Below, one piece after another: positions 51,132 through 61,104 of a DNA stretch of 64,000 nucleotides (positions are counted from its first letter, which is position 1; the number at the start of each line of letters is the position of its first letter). The translations under genes and the position numbers were made by a program. The stretch covers positions 175,831 to 239,830 of IMG/VR virus record IMGVR_UViG_3300026549_000895. One strand, given 5' to 3'. Under the pieces are notes generated by a model. That model was not told where the DNA came from, ran no database searches, and saw only the letters and a list, made by a program, of their open reading frames with translations. Source of the DNA: a virus. Its lineage: Duplodnaviria > Caudoviricetes.

Positions 51132-52097
51132 ATGGATTTATTAAACTCTTTCAGAGACATGGGCAAGTATGATGATAGAGAGGATGAGTTTGTGCCTACC
51201 AAACCACCTTATCCTCGAGCATATACTGATCAGCCTGTCAACAATGTTGTTGAAGATTTTGAGAAGTTCAATCATTCAACAATGTACTACAATCTCGACG
51301 GATACATTTCACCTCATTCATATATGAACTGGGGTGCTAATTCTGAAATCGTTACAAGTCTTATTGAAGATTGCAAAGTACCAGCTTTCTTGGATAGACT
51401 TGATCCCAATCAGATATTCACTCCTGACATGGCAGAGCTTAGAAAACTTGCGGCTGATGAAAACAAAATCTGCAAGATGTTCGAGCGTCGTCTTATTGAA
51501 AGCTTGACTGCCCAGGGAAAGATCGGACTTGATGAACTTGATATCGAAGCTATGCAAGCATTAACAGCTGCTCGTTCTTCAATAACATCAATCAACAAAG
51601 AAAAGACAAATATCAAGGCAAAGATAGCAGATCTGAAAATCAAACAACAGTCACTCACAAATGGTTCGAATGGAAGCGGTGGCGGAAATGGTCAGAATAC
51701 TTCTGCTCAGAATCCATACGCTGCTCGTAGCATTATGGATAATATCTTCGATCTCACCATGAAGGCTTCTACACCGACAACAGTCAATGTTCCCGCTCAG
51801 GATATTGATCCTGCTACATTTGATACAGATGATATCGGTGGAGATGGTGATACTACAATGACTGAGTTTGAAACTTTCAATCCGAAAACCATTGTAAGAG
51901 TAGATCCTACTGGTGACATTTCCACAGCCGAATATGTAACAGTGGATCAAAATGGAAACGAGTTAACAGATTTCCCAAATCCAAGAGTTCCAATTTCGGA
52001 AATCGACATGGATGCCAAAGAAGCAAAAAATGAAATTCGTCAAACCTTTGCAGTCGAAGTTCGAAATCCTGATATGATCGATATTGATAATGTATAA
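51132..52097 (+). CDS. Hypothetical protein with central coiled coil
   Basis: 321 aa; SD ggagg. Confidence 0.75.
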   Translation: MDLLNSFRDMGKYDDREDEFVPTKPPYPRAYTDQPVNNVVEDFEKFNHSTMYYNLDGYISPHSYMNWGANSEIVTSLIEDCKVPAFLDRLDPNQIFTPDMAELRKLAADENKICKMFERRLIESLTAQGKIGLDELDIEAMQALTAARSSITSINKEKTNIKAKIADLKIKQQSLTNGSNGSGGGNGQNTSAQNPYAARSIMDNIFDLTMKASTPTTVNVPAQDIDPATFDTDDIGGDGDTTMTEFETFNPKTIVRVDPTGDISTAEYVTVDQNGNELTDFPNPRVPISEIDMDAKEAKNEIRQTFAVEVRNPDMIDIDNV

Positions 52098-52107
52098 TCG
52101 TTATTTG

Positions 52108-52131
52108 CATACCCCGGGAAACCGGGGTATG
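52108..52131. terminator. GC hairpin with GAAA loop
   Basis: cataccccgg-gaaa-ccggggtatg. Confidence 0.7.
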
Positions 52132-52247
52132 TAATATCCACATTTTTATAATTGCTGAAGGATTTTGTCCATTATAAATTGCGATTCTTTATAATATCAA
52201 ATTTCCTTACTCAATTAAATTTTATTTAAGAAAGGAAGATTACAGCT

Positions 52248-55200
52248 ATGATCGAAACTAAATATGGTCTCAAGTATCATTTTCCTCACAGCATAGTGAA
52301 TATCATCGATAATAGTATGTACGCAGGCGAACTCCCTGTGATCGAAGCATCAGATCCTTCTCTGTATGCAACTATGGTCGTATCTCCTATGCCGTTCGGT
52401 GAAGATGGTGTATTCAAGACTGTAACAAGATCAGATGTTCTTAATGTTGCTTGGGGCAATTCTAAGATTACTTCTTCTGATATCAAGAGATATGGTCAGC
52501 AGATCACATATCCGATGTCATTGATTTCTCAGAATGTTCCTGTTCGTATGTTAAGAGTTACTCCCGAAGGTTCAACATATGCTTTCTCATGCATCGTTGC
52601 TCAATGGTATGTTGAAGAGAACGATGGTATGAAGCAGCTTAACATAAGATTCCTTGTACGCGACGGCAATTCTGAAGAGATCTCAAATATCTCAAATATC
52701 GAAAGATATAAGAATACTGACAGACTCTACAACAAGCTTTGTGACATTTACAATGTTACAGCTCCTGCCACCGACGAGAAGCCTTTCATCGCTTATGACG
52801 CAAGCTTCCCGTGTACAAATCAGGCACTTATGATTTGCAATATTTCTGCTGGTCGTGGTAGAAATTACAATTATATTGCCAATACAATCTCAAAGGCATC
52901 TCAGGGCAAGAACCCTCCGAATGTTCTTTACACATTCACCTCCTTCGACACCATTTCTGATTGGGAGGTTGAAGCATTTTCTTCTGCTCTCGTTGATATT
53001 AACAACACTCGCACTGACAAGGGCCCGTCCGTTGAAGATGTAATGAGTGCACGTGAGGATGGTTCGTCTCTCGTAAAGCAGTATGTCAACGATGCATGCG
53101 TTGCTGGCGTATATGCTGAATGGAGAAATATTCTCTCAGAAATCGTCATGAACAACGGAATGACTTTGAGTGAGTCTGAAAAGGATTATATCCGACAGGT
53201 TTACAATGCAACAAATGTAAACACATTCGATATACTTTTCGGCAAGTTCATTGCAACTGGTTCTGATGACCTGGTTCTTCCGAGATATAACATTATCATG
53301 GTTGATCCGAACGTTCCTATGCTGGACGAGTCTCACAGAATCACTCCGGCTCCTACAACAGAATCTCTTGAAGCTTCTCAGGCTATTGCGGCTCTTGCTG
53401 ATGCTCTTAATGGTACTGCAGCTAAAAGCTTTGCAGACACTTCGCTTATAGGCATCAAGGCTAATACCAAGGCTGGCTATGTGAATATCGGTGATATATA
53501 CTTCGTTGGAAACAATGCTAACCTCGTTACTGGAATTAATCAATATTCAGGTGGTATTACTTCCATAACAGTAAACCTGTTCAGAAAGTATACAGCTGCT
53601 CACACACCTGTTACCGGTGACAATATCGAAAAGGTTGCTCAGCTCAGTGGTATTTATTCACGTACCACTATAACAGATGGAAGCAATAATCCTCCTGCTC
53701 TTGCAACAAAGACCGATGTCATCTACGGTATCTATGATCCTTCCGATAACAACAGCGTGAAGTTGTACTACAAGTCGGCTGGAGATAGTCCTACCGTTTA
53801 CGAATACACAGAACTTGATCTCTACATGTCTCTCGTTCTCAATTCCACTGGTAAGAGCAATTCCAATGCATATGCAAATATCATTGGTATAAAGGCACCT
53901 GATGGTGCAACTTATACAACTGCAACAAGTACATATGGTGCTTACTTCAAGATCGGTGGAACATGGCTTGATCTCTCAGGCAATGAACTTCGGGTTGTTG
54001 TTAACGGTAATAAGTATACAGGCCATGGTACTGGTGAAGAAGACAACATCATTGTTCAGGCCAATAAGCAGGTATACTCAAAGATGCCTACTAATATTGA
54101 TGTTATCATGGACATCTATGGTTCTGAATATGACGTAATTCTTACACAGACAGATGACAGTGAAACTGAGCCTGCCGTACTTGACAAGCAAATCTTCAGA
54201 TTCATGATTAATGGTACTCAGGGATCTATCTGGTCATTCTCTAAGGAGAATAAGGAGATTCCCGGTGATTACTATGATCAGACAGAAGATGGTGATTATC
54301 TCTATAGCAGTGCTGAATACATTCCTGAGAATGGCGGTATCAAGCTTGCTGGTGGTAGCACCGGATTCTTCGATGAATATGAAGATGGAAAGATTTCCAC
54401 TGAAGTATTCAAGTGGCTCTATTCTAAGCTTCTTGTTTCTGCTTACAGAGGTCAGATCGATACAAGAATTACTTCTTCGAACAGAGTAAGTGCTAAGTAT
54501 CTCTTCGATGGTGGTCACAATACTCTTATCGGTATCACAATTCTTCCGTATATGACATACCAGCTGTCTGACATTGCTCAGGCTTCTACAATCTATACAG
54601 AAGATGAAAAGATGGCAATTCTTCTCAATCCTGACATTCTTGCAGATCCTCGTATATCTTCTTCTGATGATATCGATGTTAAGACAGCGATGTACGATCT
54701 TATGATCGAAAGAGTATTCCAGAGAATCCCTGAGGTCAACAGACCTGTAGGTGATGGATACGGTCTGTCTCTCCATCTCGATGCTGGTATCTGTGATGCT
54801 CAAACAGCATTGCTTATGAACCAGACATTCTCAAAGAAGTTCACAAATGCAAATGCTTCTTGGGACATCGGTGGATATACCGAGAATGGTGTTACATACA
54901 CCTACACAAAGCGTCTTGTTGACAATATGTTCACCCACATGACAACATACTCGGTTAACAAGCCTTATGCTAATGAATATACAATATTCAAGCCGCAGTC
55001 ATTCTTCCCAGATGTCGATACTCAGGATTGGGAACTCCGCGAGCTCATGTACAATTCAGGCGGTAACGTTTGGATTCCTGATACTAACGGAAATCTCAAG
55101 AGATGGTCTCAGCGTACTCTCAGCAATGAGAGAACTGGAACTTCTGATCTCATTCAGGAGTCTAACCAGAGAACTCTCTCACAATTCTGTGATATTCTCC

Positions 55201-55445
55201 AGAGAAAGATCGACAATTCCTTGCTGGAATACAATGATGACGGTGTTATCAAGACTCTTGAGGACAACTGTAATGTTACATTCTCTCCGTGGATCGGTCA
55301 GATTGTAAAGGATCTCAGTATCAAGTTTGCAAGAGACATCAACATCGACGGCGGCGAAATTCTCGTATGTAACGTAGTATTGAAGTTCAGAGGACTCGTT
55401 CTCAGAAGTGCAATACTTGTTAACATCGAACGCAGAACAGATTAA
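52248..55445 (+). CDS. Contractile tail sheath protein
   Basis: 1065 aa; high codon bias; N-terminal P.....IID.S and sheath-like C-terminus; followed by tube-sized gene. Confidence 0.8.
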   Translation: MIETKYGLKYHFPHSIVNIIDNSMYAGELPVIEASDPSLYATMVVSPMPFGEDGVFKTVTRSDVLNVAWGNSKITSSDIKRYGQQITYPMSLISQNVPVRMLRVTPEGSTYAFSCIVAQWYVEENDGMKQLNIRFLVRDGNSEEISNISNIERYKNTDRLYNKLCDIYNVTAPATDEKPFIAYDASFPCTNQALMICNISAGRGRNYNYIANTISKASQGKNPPNVLYTFTSFDTISDWEVEAFSSALVDINNTRTDKGPSVEDVMSAREDGSSLVKQYVNDACVAGVYAEWRNILSEIVMNNGMTLSESEKDYIRQVYNATNVNTFDILFGKFIATGSDDLVLPRYNIIMVDPNVPMLDESHRITPAPTTESLEASQAIAALADALNGTAAKSFADTSLIGIKANTKAGYVNIGDIYFVGNNANLVTGINQYSGGITSITVNLFRKYTAAHTPVTGDNIEKVAQLSGIYSRTTITDGSNNPPALATKTDVIYGIYDPSDNNSVKLYYKSAGDSPTVYEYTELDLYMSLVLNSTGKSNSNAYANIIGIKAPDGATYTTATSTYGAYFKIGGTWLDLSGNELRVVVNGNKYTGHGTGEEDNIIVQANKQVYSKMPTNIDVIMDIYGSEYDVILTQTDDSETEPAVLDKQIFRFMINGTQGSIWSFSKENKEIPGDYYDQTEDGDYLYSSAEYIPENGGIKLAGGSTGFFDEYEDGKISTEVFKWLYSKLLVSAYRGQIDTRITSSNRVSAKYLFDGGHNTLIGITILPYMTYQLSDIAQASTIYTEDEKMAILLNPDILADPRISSSDDIDVKTAMYDLMIERVFQRIPEVNRPVGDGYGLSLHLDAGICDAQTALLMNQTFSKKFTNANASWDIGGYTENGVTYTYTKRLVDNMFTHMTTYSVNKPYANEYTIFKPQSFFPDVDTQDWELRELMYNSGGNVWIPDTNGNLKRWSQRTLSNERTGTSDLIQESNQRTLSQFCDILQRKIDNSLLEYNDDGVIKTLEDNCNVTFSPWIGQIVKDLSIKFARDINIDGGEILVCNVVLKFRGLVLRSAILVNIERRTD

Positions 55446-55463
55446 GAAAGGAGGAAATAGGAT

Positions 55464-56564
55464 ATGGCAATTACTTCGCAATCTGGACTTCGTGAAAATA
55501 CAGGTAATATCAATGATTACACAGGTATGATATCAGGCCTTGCTCCTGATATCCATACTCTGCGATCTTTGAATCCTGAAACCACGAATCGTGTTCGTAT
55601 CTTCATGTATCGTGGTCCTTTCTTCTTGATGCAGTATCTTGCTGGTGACACCAAGAATGCTTATGACAATACTCTTTTCTCAACCTATAAGAAGATAATC
55701 GAGTATTGGAACATGGGCATCAACCCTCAGCGTAGCGGTGGTCAGCTCAATGCTGGTTCACTCCAGGGTGGTTTCGCTGGAAGAAATATTGCAATCCCTA
55801 CTACACAGACAAGTGGTCAGAATGAAACACTTCAGATTACTGTTCCTGAGTTGGTAGGTCGTCCGATGGCAACTGTTCATAACATGTGGATCGACGGTAT
55901 CTCTGACCGTATGACTGGACTTACTACATACTTCGGTCTTGTAGCTGGTTCTGGTGCAAGATCAGAGAATGGCAATACTCTTCAGAGAGTATTTAAGCCG
56001 GCAGATGGTGAGAACGATATGGCTCTTGAACCGTCACCTGCATATGAAGTTGCTGAATTCTTGATCGTTGCTCTTGACAGATCTGGTGCTCGTGTTGAAG
56101 CTGCTATGGCTGCACTTGGATGCTATCCTGCACAGCGTGTCGGTGATGAAATATTCACTCACAACTACAATGGTCAGTCCAACATTCAGCAGTTCGCACT
56201 TCAGTTCAACTGTCAGTTTGTAGAGTCTTCTTATGTAAACGACTTCGCATCAAGAGTTGTTGCTCAGCAGAGCATCTTCGGTTCTTACATGAACCTCAAT
56301 CCTGGCTTCGGCGATGCTATGTTTAAGAAGAGAACCGATACATCTATCAACACTCCTCAGTTCAACTACGGCAAGCGTCCGGCTCTTGATGCTGTTCAGA
56401 GTGGTGTCGGCAACTATCCTGCCTTCAAGGCATCTCAGCAGGTTACTCAGAGAGATGGACTTCATGATCACGAGATTACTCCTTCTGATCACTCCTCTAT
56501 CTACACAAGCCCGACTGAGACAGTTCCGATTGACAATCCTTACGGTACTTCTGCCGAAGGTTAA
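55464..56564 (+). CDS. Tail tube protein
   Basis: Directly after sheath; high codon bias; ITVPELVG...WIDGI pattern. Confidence 0.7.
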   Translation: MAITSQSGLRENTGNINDYTGMISGLAPDIHTLRSLNPETTNRVRIFMYRGPFFLMQYLAGDTKNAYDNTLFSTYKKIIEYWNMGINPQRSGGQLNAGSLQGGFAGRNIAIPTTQTSGQNETLQITVPELVGRPMATVHNMWIDGISDRMTGLTTYFGLVAGSGARSENGNTLQRVFKPADGENDMALEPSPAYEVAEFLIVALDRSGARVEAAMAALGCYPAQRVGDEIFTHNYNGQSNIQQFALQFNCQFVESSYVNDFASRVVAQQSIFGSYMNLNPGFGDAMFKKRTDTSINTPQFNYGKRPALDAVQSGVGNYPAFKASQQVTQRDGLHDHEITPSDHSSIYTSPTETVPIDNPYGTSAEG

Positions 56565-56586
56565 TCGAACAAAAAAGAATACTTAT

Positions 56587-56610
56587 ACACCCCCGGGCAA
56601 CCGGGGGTGT
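56587..56610. terminator. Bidirectional GC hairpin with GCAA loop
   Basis: acacccccgg-gcaa-ccgggggtgt at a convergent junction. Confidence 0.75.
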
Positions 56611-56617
56611 GTATTCT

Positions 56618-57034
56618 TTATATTGTTATGAAAATCTCCAATATGTAGAATTTTTCATATACAAATTTAATTGCCATATAATTATTATTGTCATATGAAA
56701 AATGAGATGATTGAACATCCAACAAAGCTTTTCCTGTTTTGGATACCATCATCTTTGATATGAATACTCCATCATCTATCAATGTCGGTTCTTTTGCTTT
56801 CTTAACATTGTTTCCATATGATATGAATTCAGATTCCAAAGCTTTCATAACAAGTTCGGGACTATTGATTGTATCCAACTCATTTTGAATTGTATCGTCT
56901 TCCGGCGATGATAGTTTGAGAATCTCTTCTTGAAATTCATCATCTGTGAATATGAATTTATATTTGAAATTCTTTGGTCGAAAATCTTTTAAGAACTTAG
57001 CATACTCTTCTTTTGTCATTGTCAAATCCTCCAT
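56618..57034 (-). CDS. Hypothetical protein
   Basis: ORF abutting the upstream gene; start may be the later ATG after ggagg. Confidence 0.7.
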   Translation of the reverse strand: MEDLTMTKEEYAKFLKDFRPKNFKYKFIFTDDEFQEEILKLSSPEDDTIQNELDTINSPELVMKALESEFISYGNNVKKAKEPTLIDDGVFISKMMVSKTGKALLDVQSSHFSYDNNNYMAIKFVYEKFYILEIFITI

Positions 57035-57676
57035 TCAATAACAACATTCATATTGCTCTTTTGGATATTCCATTAAATATCTAAAGGTTTTGACATAACC
57101 CTCTAAAGATAATGGAATACATTCCATGTGAGGATCGATAGAATTGCTGAACATTGTGAATAATCCATCAATGTCATAATTTGGTCGATATTCTGAAGGC
57201 CATTCATATTCTGAATATCCTTCAAATGGATCTTCTCCATCATCAAGCATATCATATTCTGGTATAAATCCCCAATGTAATTCATCAACATCTTGTACTA
57301 TTTTTGCGATAAATTCATATCCAGTTTCAAGCACTGCATATCCGAATAATATATCATCAGTTATGACTCTTTGAGCAAGTACTCCACAAGCACGTGCTAT
57401 TCTATCTGTTGTACACACATTATATATTTTCTTATCTTTGTTTGATTTCATATGATATATTTGAAGAACATCATACTCTGCATTCTCTCTTTGTCCGGGA
57501 GTAAGACTTTCAATACCTCTCATAAGTTCTTTTGGTAAGCTGTGTTGTTTAACAAACATACTGATTGCTTCTATATCATCTGACACAACATATTTCAATG
57601 ATGATTTTTCTGTTCCAAATTGCATGCAATAATGTGGAACATCAAATACATTGTCTTTATCCAACATTACAATCAC
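57035..57676 (-). CDS. Hypothetical acidic protein
   Basis: 213-aa ORF with SD; promoter-like motif at 57750-57765 (-). Confidence 0.7.
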   Translation of the reverse strand: MIVMLDKDNVFDVPHYCMQFGTEKSSLKYVVSDDIEAISMFVKQHSLPKELMRGIESLTPGQRENAEYDVLQIYHMKSNKDKKIYNVCTTDRIARACGVLAQRVITDDILFGYAVLETGYEFIAKIVQDVDELHWGFIPEYDMLDDGEDPFEGYSEYEWPSEYRPNYDIDGLFTMFSNSIDPHMECIPLSLEGYVKTFRYLMEYPKEQYECCY

Positions 57677-57811
57677 ACTCTTTTCCTTTATTTATTGATA
57701 ATCATTGATAAACATTGAAGTATTAATGATTATATACCTTTATCCCTTGCTCAATAAAGATATGTATATATTCATGATAAAAATCTTATTCAAAAGGAGC
57801 GACGAATACTT

Positions 57812-59785
57812 ATGAGTGAAATCATAAACAATGAAAATCCCATGAATGTTGAAAGTGAGACTATGAATTCCGCAAAAGAATTTAATCCTGCTACGGATGA
57901 TGCTCTCATGAAACTCGTGAATCAGCATAAGAATAAAATTGCCGCACAGGGCGAGGAAGCTGGTTCAGCAAAAATGATTCGTAAGGAGATACCTCTTGTG
58001 GACGATGATAACAAGATAATCTCCGTTGATAGCGACAAGGCTATTACAAATGAAAAGCTTCCTGTATCAAAGCCAACTCCGGTCGACGAAGATGAGTTTG
58101 GTGATAATGATCTTCAGAAAGAAATGGAAGCACAGGATGCTCGTGAACGACATGAGCGTGAAGAAGCTATCAAGGCAGAACGTGAAAGAAAAGCTGCTGA
58201 AGAAGCTAAGAAAAAAGCAAATACATATGCCTATAAAGATCCTGTTGAAATGGGAGAAGCTGTTGGTTTCCAGGCAGATAAAATTGCAATGATCAACAGA
58301 ATGACCCAGATGGTACTTAAGAAGTACTTCATCAAGGAAGGTGAAATTCCGGAAACATATCCTGCTGAGGGAGCTGGTAATCATCTTACACGTCTTCAGT
58401 GTCTCGGTGAACTCACAGCTCTTTATGAATCAAACGGTGCTTACATAACACCTGAGTTCGAACAGATTATCCTTCACAACTGGCAGATGAATAACGGTCA
58501 GTTTGCGGATGAATGGATAAAGGAAAATACATCTGTTGATGCAGAAGGAAACATTGTTCTCGATAAGTATAGCAATCCTTCTTCTGATAATGGTGATGAT
58601 AAGGGAACTTCAGACGGCGGTTCTTATCGTGACAAAGCACCTATGGAGATTAACATCTTCACTCCCGAAGATCTTACTTCATTAACTGTTAACATTGATG
58701 ATGAAGTTCTTGGTGAAATGAACTTCACAAACAAAGTCAATGTTAATGTTATCAAGGTTTCTAATGAAGAGATTTTCGCTGGTAAGAAAATTATCGAAAA
58801 CTCTGACAAACCTGGTATCATTCGTGACTTCACATCTACAATGTCAGATGTTCAGTTCACATTACCTGCTTCTGGATTCCGTGCAACAATGACAGGTATC
58901 AACTGGTTCGATGCTCTTGGTCTTGCTGATGTTGCAGGTAAGACTGAACAGGATAAGGCAATCGAACAGTGGTCAATGTTCTATAAGCATATGAAGAATG
59001 TTTCCATCGGCGAATTCACAGATTTCGAAGACTTCCTTAAGAAGACCAAGTATGTTGATGCATCTGTTATAATGTGGGCTCTGCTTACTGCTACAACCGG
59101 TGATGAGGAAGAGTTTGGCTATACATGTACAAATGAGAAATGTGAAAAGACATTTGCAATCAAATACAATCCTCACTCAGTAGCTCATATCAATGAAAGC
59201 AATATAACGGACGAATACTTCCGTGCTTCAAAGGCATCACCTGGTCAAGAAGCTCTTGATGTATTCCATGAAATGGGAGGACATCACCTGTATTATACAC
59301 TTCCTGATTCAGGAGCAATTCTTGAGCTCAGTCAGCCTTCTGCATATGATATGATTCAGAAGAAGCTCAGAACTCAGGACAAACTTCAGAAACAGCTCAA
59401 GGCTGAATATGAGGAAGTAGAGGACAAGGATTCATATCAGGGTGCAAGACTTCAGTTCCTTATGGGAATCAACCAGTTCATTGATTCTATCATAATTCCT
59501 GGACCTACGGAAAATGATCCGAAATATAAGTATACAACATGGGATGACATTGTCACGATACTTACAAACCTTTCATGGAAAGATACAAACATGCTTTCTC
59601 CTCTCATGACTGCTCTTGCAAAGAGATTTGCATCACCGATCGATATGTATGTTGAAGATGTTACTTGCCCGCATTGTGGTAAACACTTGCAGAGACTGTA
59701 CATCACTAACATACAATCACAATTACTTTTCAACGCATCTCGTCGGTATCAGAATACCGAGATAAACTTGATCGAGACTCTGTAG
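57812..59785 (+). CDS. Baseplate hub / tail assembly chaperone-like protein (T4 gp26-like C-terminal half)
   Basis: FTLPASG, YTCTNEKC, YTLPDSG and VTCPHCG motifs. Confidence 0.55.
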   Translation: MSEIINNENPMNVESETMNSAKEFNPATDDALMKLVNQHKNKIAAQGEEAGSAKMIRKEIPLVDDDNKIISVDSDKAITNEKLPVSKPTPVDEDEFGDNDLQKEMEAQDARERHEREEAIKAERERKAAEEAKKKANTYAYKDPVEMGEAVGFQADKIAMINRMTQMVLKKYFIKEGEIPETYPAEGAGNHLTRLQCLGELTALYESNGAYITPEFEQIILHNWQMNNGQFADEWIKENTSVDAEGNIVLDKYSNPSSDNGDDKGTSDGGSYRDKAPMEINIFTPEDLTSLTVNIDDEVLGEMNFTNKVNVNVIKVSNEEIFAGKKIIENSDKPGIIRDFTSTMSDVQFTLPASGFRATMTGINWFDALGLADVAGKTEQDKAIEQWSMFYKHMKNVSIGEFTDFEDFLKKTKYVDASVIMWALLTATTGDEEEFGYTCTNEKCEKTFAIKYNPHSVAHINESNITDEYFRASKASPGQEALDVFHEMGGHHLYYTLPDSGAILELSQPSAYDMIQKKLRTQDKLQKQLKAEYEEVEDKDSYQGARLQFLMGINQFIDSIIIPGPTENDPKYKYTTWDDIVTILTNLSWKDTNMLSPLMTALAKRFASPIDMYVEDVTCPHCGKHLQRLYITNIQSQLLFNASRRYQNTEINLIETL

Positions 59786-60045
59786 AAATATACAGAATCG
59801 CACGATTACTTGGAAAAGTAATTCCGTTCGAAGTTCTGATGAAACTACCTCGCCCAGTAGTGTATCGTCTCCGAGATTTGCGAGTTGAAGAGTTACAGGC
59901 GACAAATAAGCAACAAGAACAATATCAGAAAAAAATAATGAATAACATGAATAATGGAGGACCATCACAAAATAATCAGAATGTCCCATCTTTCTTACCA
60001 AGTCTCGGCGCGGAAGAGTTAGAGGAAGAATTGGGGCTTGACTAA
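59710..60045 (+). CDS. Overlapping -1 frame ORF, possibly reached by frameshift (first ATG at 59839)
   Basis: Frame open from 59710; no SD at ATG 59839. Confidence 0.5.
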   Translation, partial: HTITITFQRISSVSEYRDKLDRDSVEIYRIARLLGKVIPFEVLMKLPRPVVYRLRDLRVEELQATNKQQEQYQKKIMNNMNNGGPSQNNQNVPSFLPSLGAEELEEELGLD

Positions 60046-60047
60046 AA

Positions 60048-60170
60048 ATGGAAGTGAGATGGTTTCGCGTGTTAGATCAATTCATAAAAGTATTCTTAGA
60101 GAATCATGGTATTGAATATGTGTGTGCACATTTCTTGGAACTGCGAGAACAATACTATGCTTCTCGATAA
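60048..60170 (+). CDS. 40-aa small ORF
   Basis: ATG 2 nt after the previous stop; fills the gap to 60203. Confidence 0.4.
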   Translation: MEVRWFRVLDQFIKVFLENHGIEYVCAHFLELREQYYASR

Positions 60171-60202
60171 CAGATATAAAAGCTTAAGGAGGATTTATTA
60201 AT

Positions 60203-61033
60203 ATGGGAATGTCAGCTAAACTAATTAACCTTAAGGCATCAACAAAGAAAGATGTTGATAAATACAAATATCACATTGCTTCAATGACGTTGCTGTTCGA
60301 AATCATTAAAATGATAAATGGACACCACAAGTATATTGACAATAATACTTTCAAGAGCAAGTATCTCGTTTCTACTCGTGATGTAGAAACGGAGTCTTAT
60401 CCTCTGGATCTCTTCATTCCTGATTTGGAAAATGAAAGAACTTTCTTGGTCAACAGAGACACTCCTGAATATCAGGAAATGATCAAGAGAGTAACCGAGG
60501 ATGATTTCAAGATTGCTTTTGAGGATGAGCCTACCAATGAAGCATTCATGAAGTACAAGGAAGATTGTACAATCTTTCCCGACATCCAGGATGATGTGTT
60601 CATTTACATGATAATCTCAAAGTATCTGGATAAACTCGACCAGATGCGTTTGATATCATTCTCTATAACTCGAGAACTTATAGAATGGACTGTAAACAAT
60701 ATCACTCTTGATGATTGGAAAGGTTTCGTTAGTAAGACTCCTTCCGACAAGAAATATGCTAAATATGGAATCGATTATTTCTTCGATCCTGAGTTGGCTC
60801 GTATTCAGGCATTCTATAATACCGAAGAGCAGTGTGGTGATGCATTATGTGACACCAATCTGCTTCTCAGAAGAACTGCAGCCGCTGTTAATAGTTCTGC
60901 TGAATCATTTATGTTGCTTGCTATGTATCAGATTCTTTCATTCGCAATCCCGGATATTATGGCAAAGGAGAACATCGAAGAATCTCCTTGCAGAGACTAT
61001 GTCGTGAATGTCCTGTCAAAGATAATGGACTAA
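60203..61033 (+). CDS. Hypothetical protein
   Basis: SD aaggagg; 276 aa. Confidence 0.75.
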   Translation: MGMSAKLINLKASTKKDVDKYKYHIASMTLLFEIIKMINGHHKYIDNNTFKSKYLVSTRDVETESYPLDLFIPDLENERTFLVNRDTPEYQEMIKRVTEDDFKIAFEDEPTNEAFMKYKEDCTIFPDIQDDVFIYMIISKYLDKLDQMRLISFSITRELIEWTVNNITLDDWKGFVSKTPSDKKYAKYGIDYFFDPELARIQAFYNTEEQCGDALCDTNLLLRRTAAAVNSSAESFMLLAMYQILSFAIPDIMAKENIEESPCRDYVVNVLSKIMD

Positions 61034-61042
61034 GAAAAGGAA

Positions 61043-61067
61043 TATCAGGCGGCTAAGCCGCCTGATA
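61043..61067. terminator. Hairpin terminator
   Basis: tatcaggcggc-taa-gccgcctgata followed by ctttt. Confidence 0.7.
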
Positions 61068-61104
61068 CTTTTCATGTAATTATTATAATGAAAGGAGAAT
61101 TCAT

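Noticed and set aside
52286-56631. Alternative-frame and antisense ORFs in sheath and tube genes
   Set aside because: Fully nested in strongly biased genes and lacking SD sites
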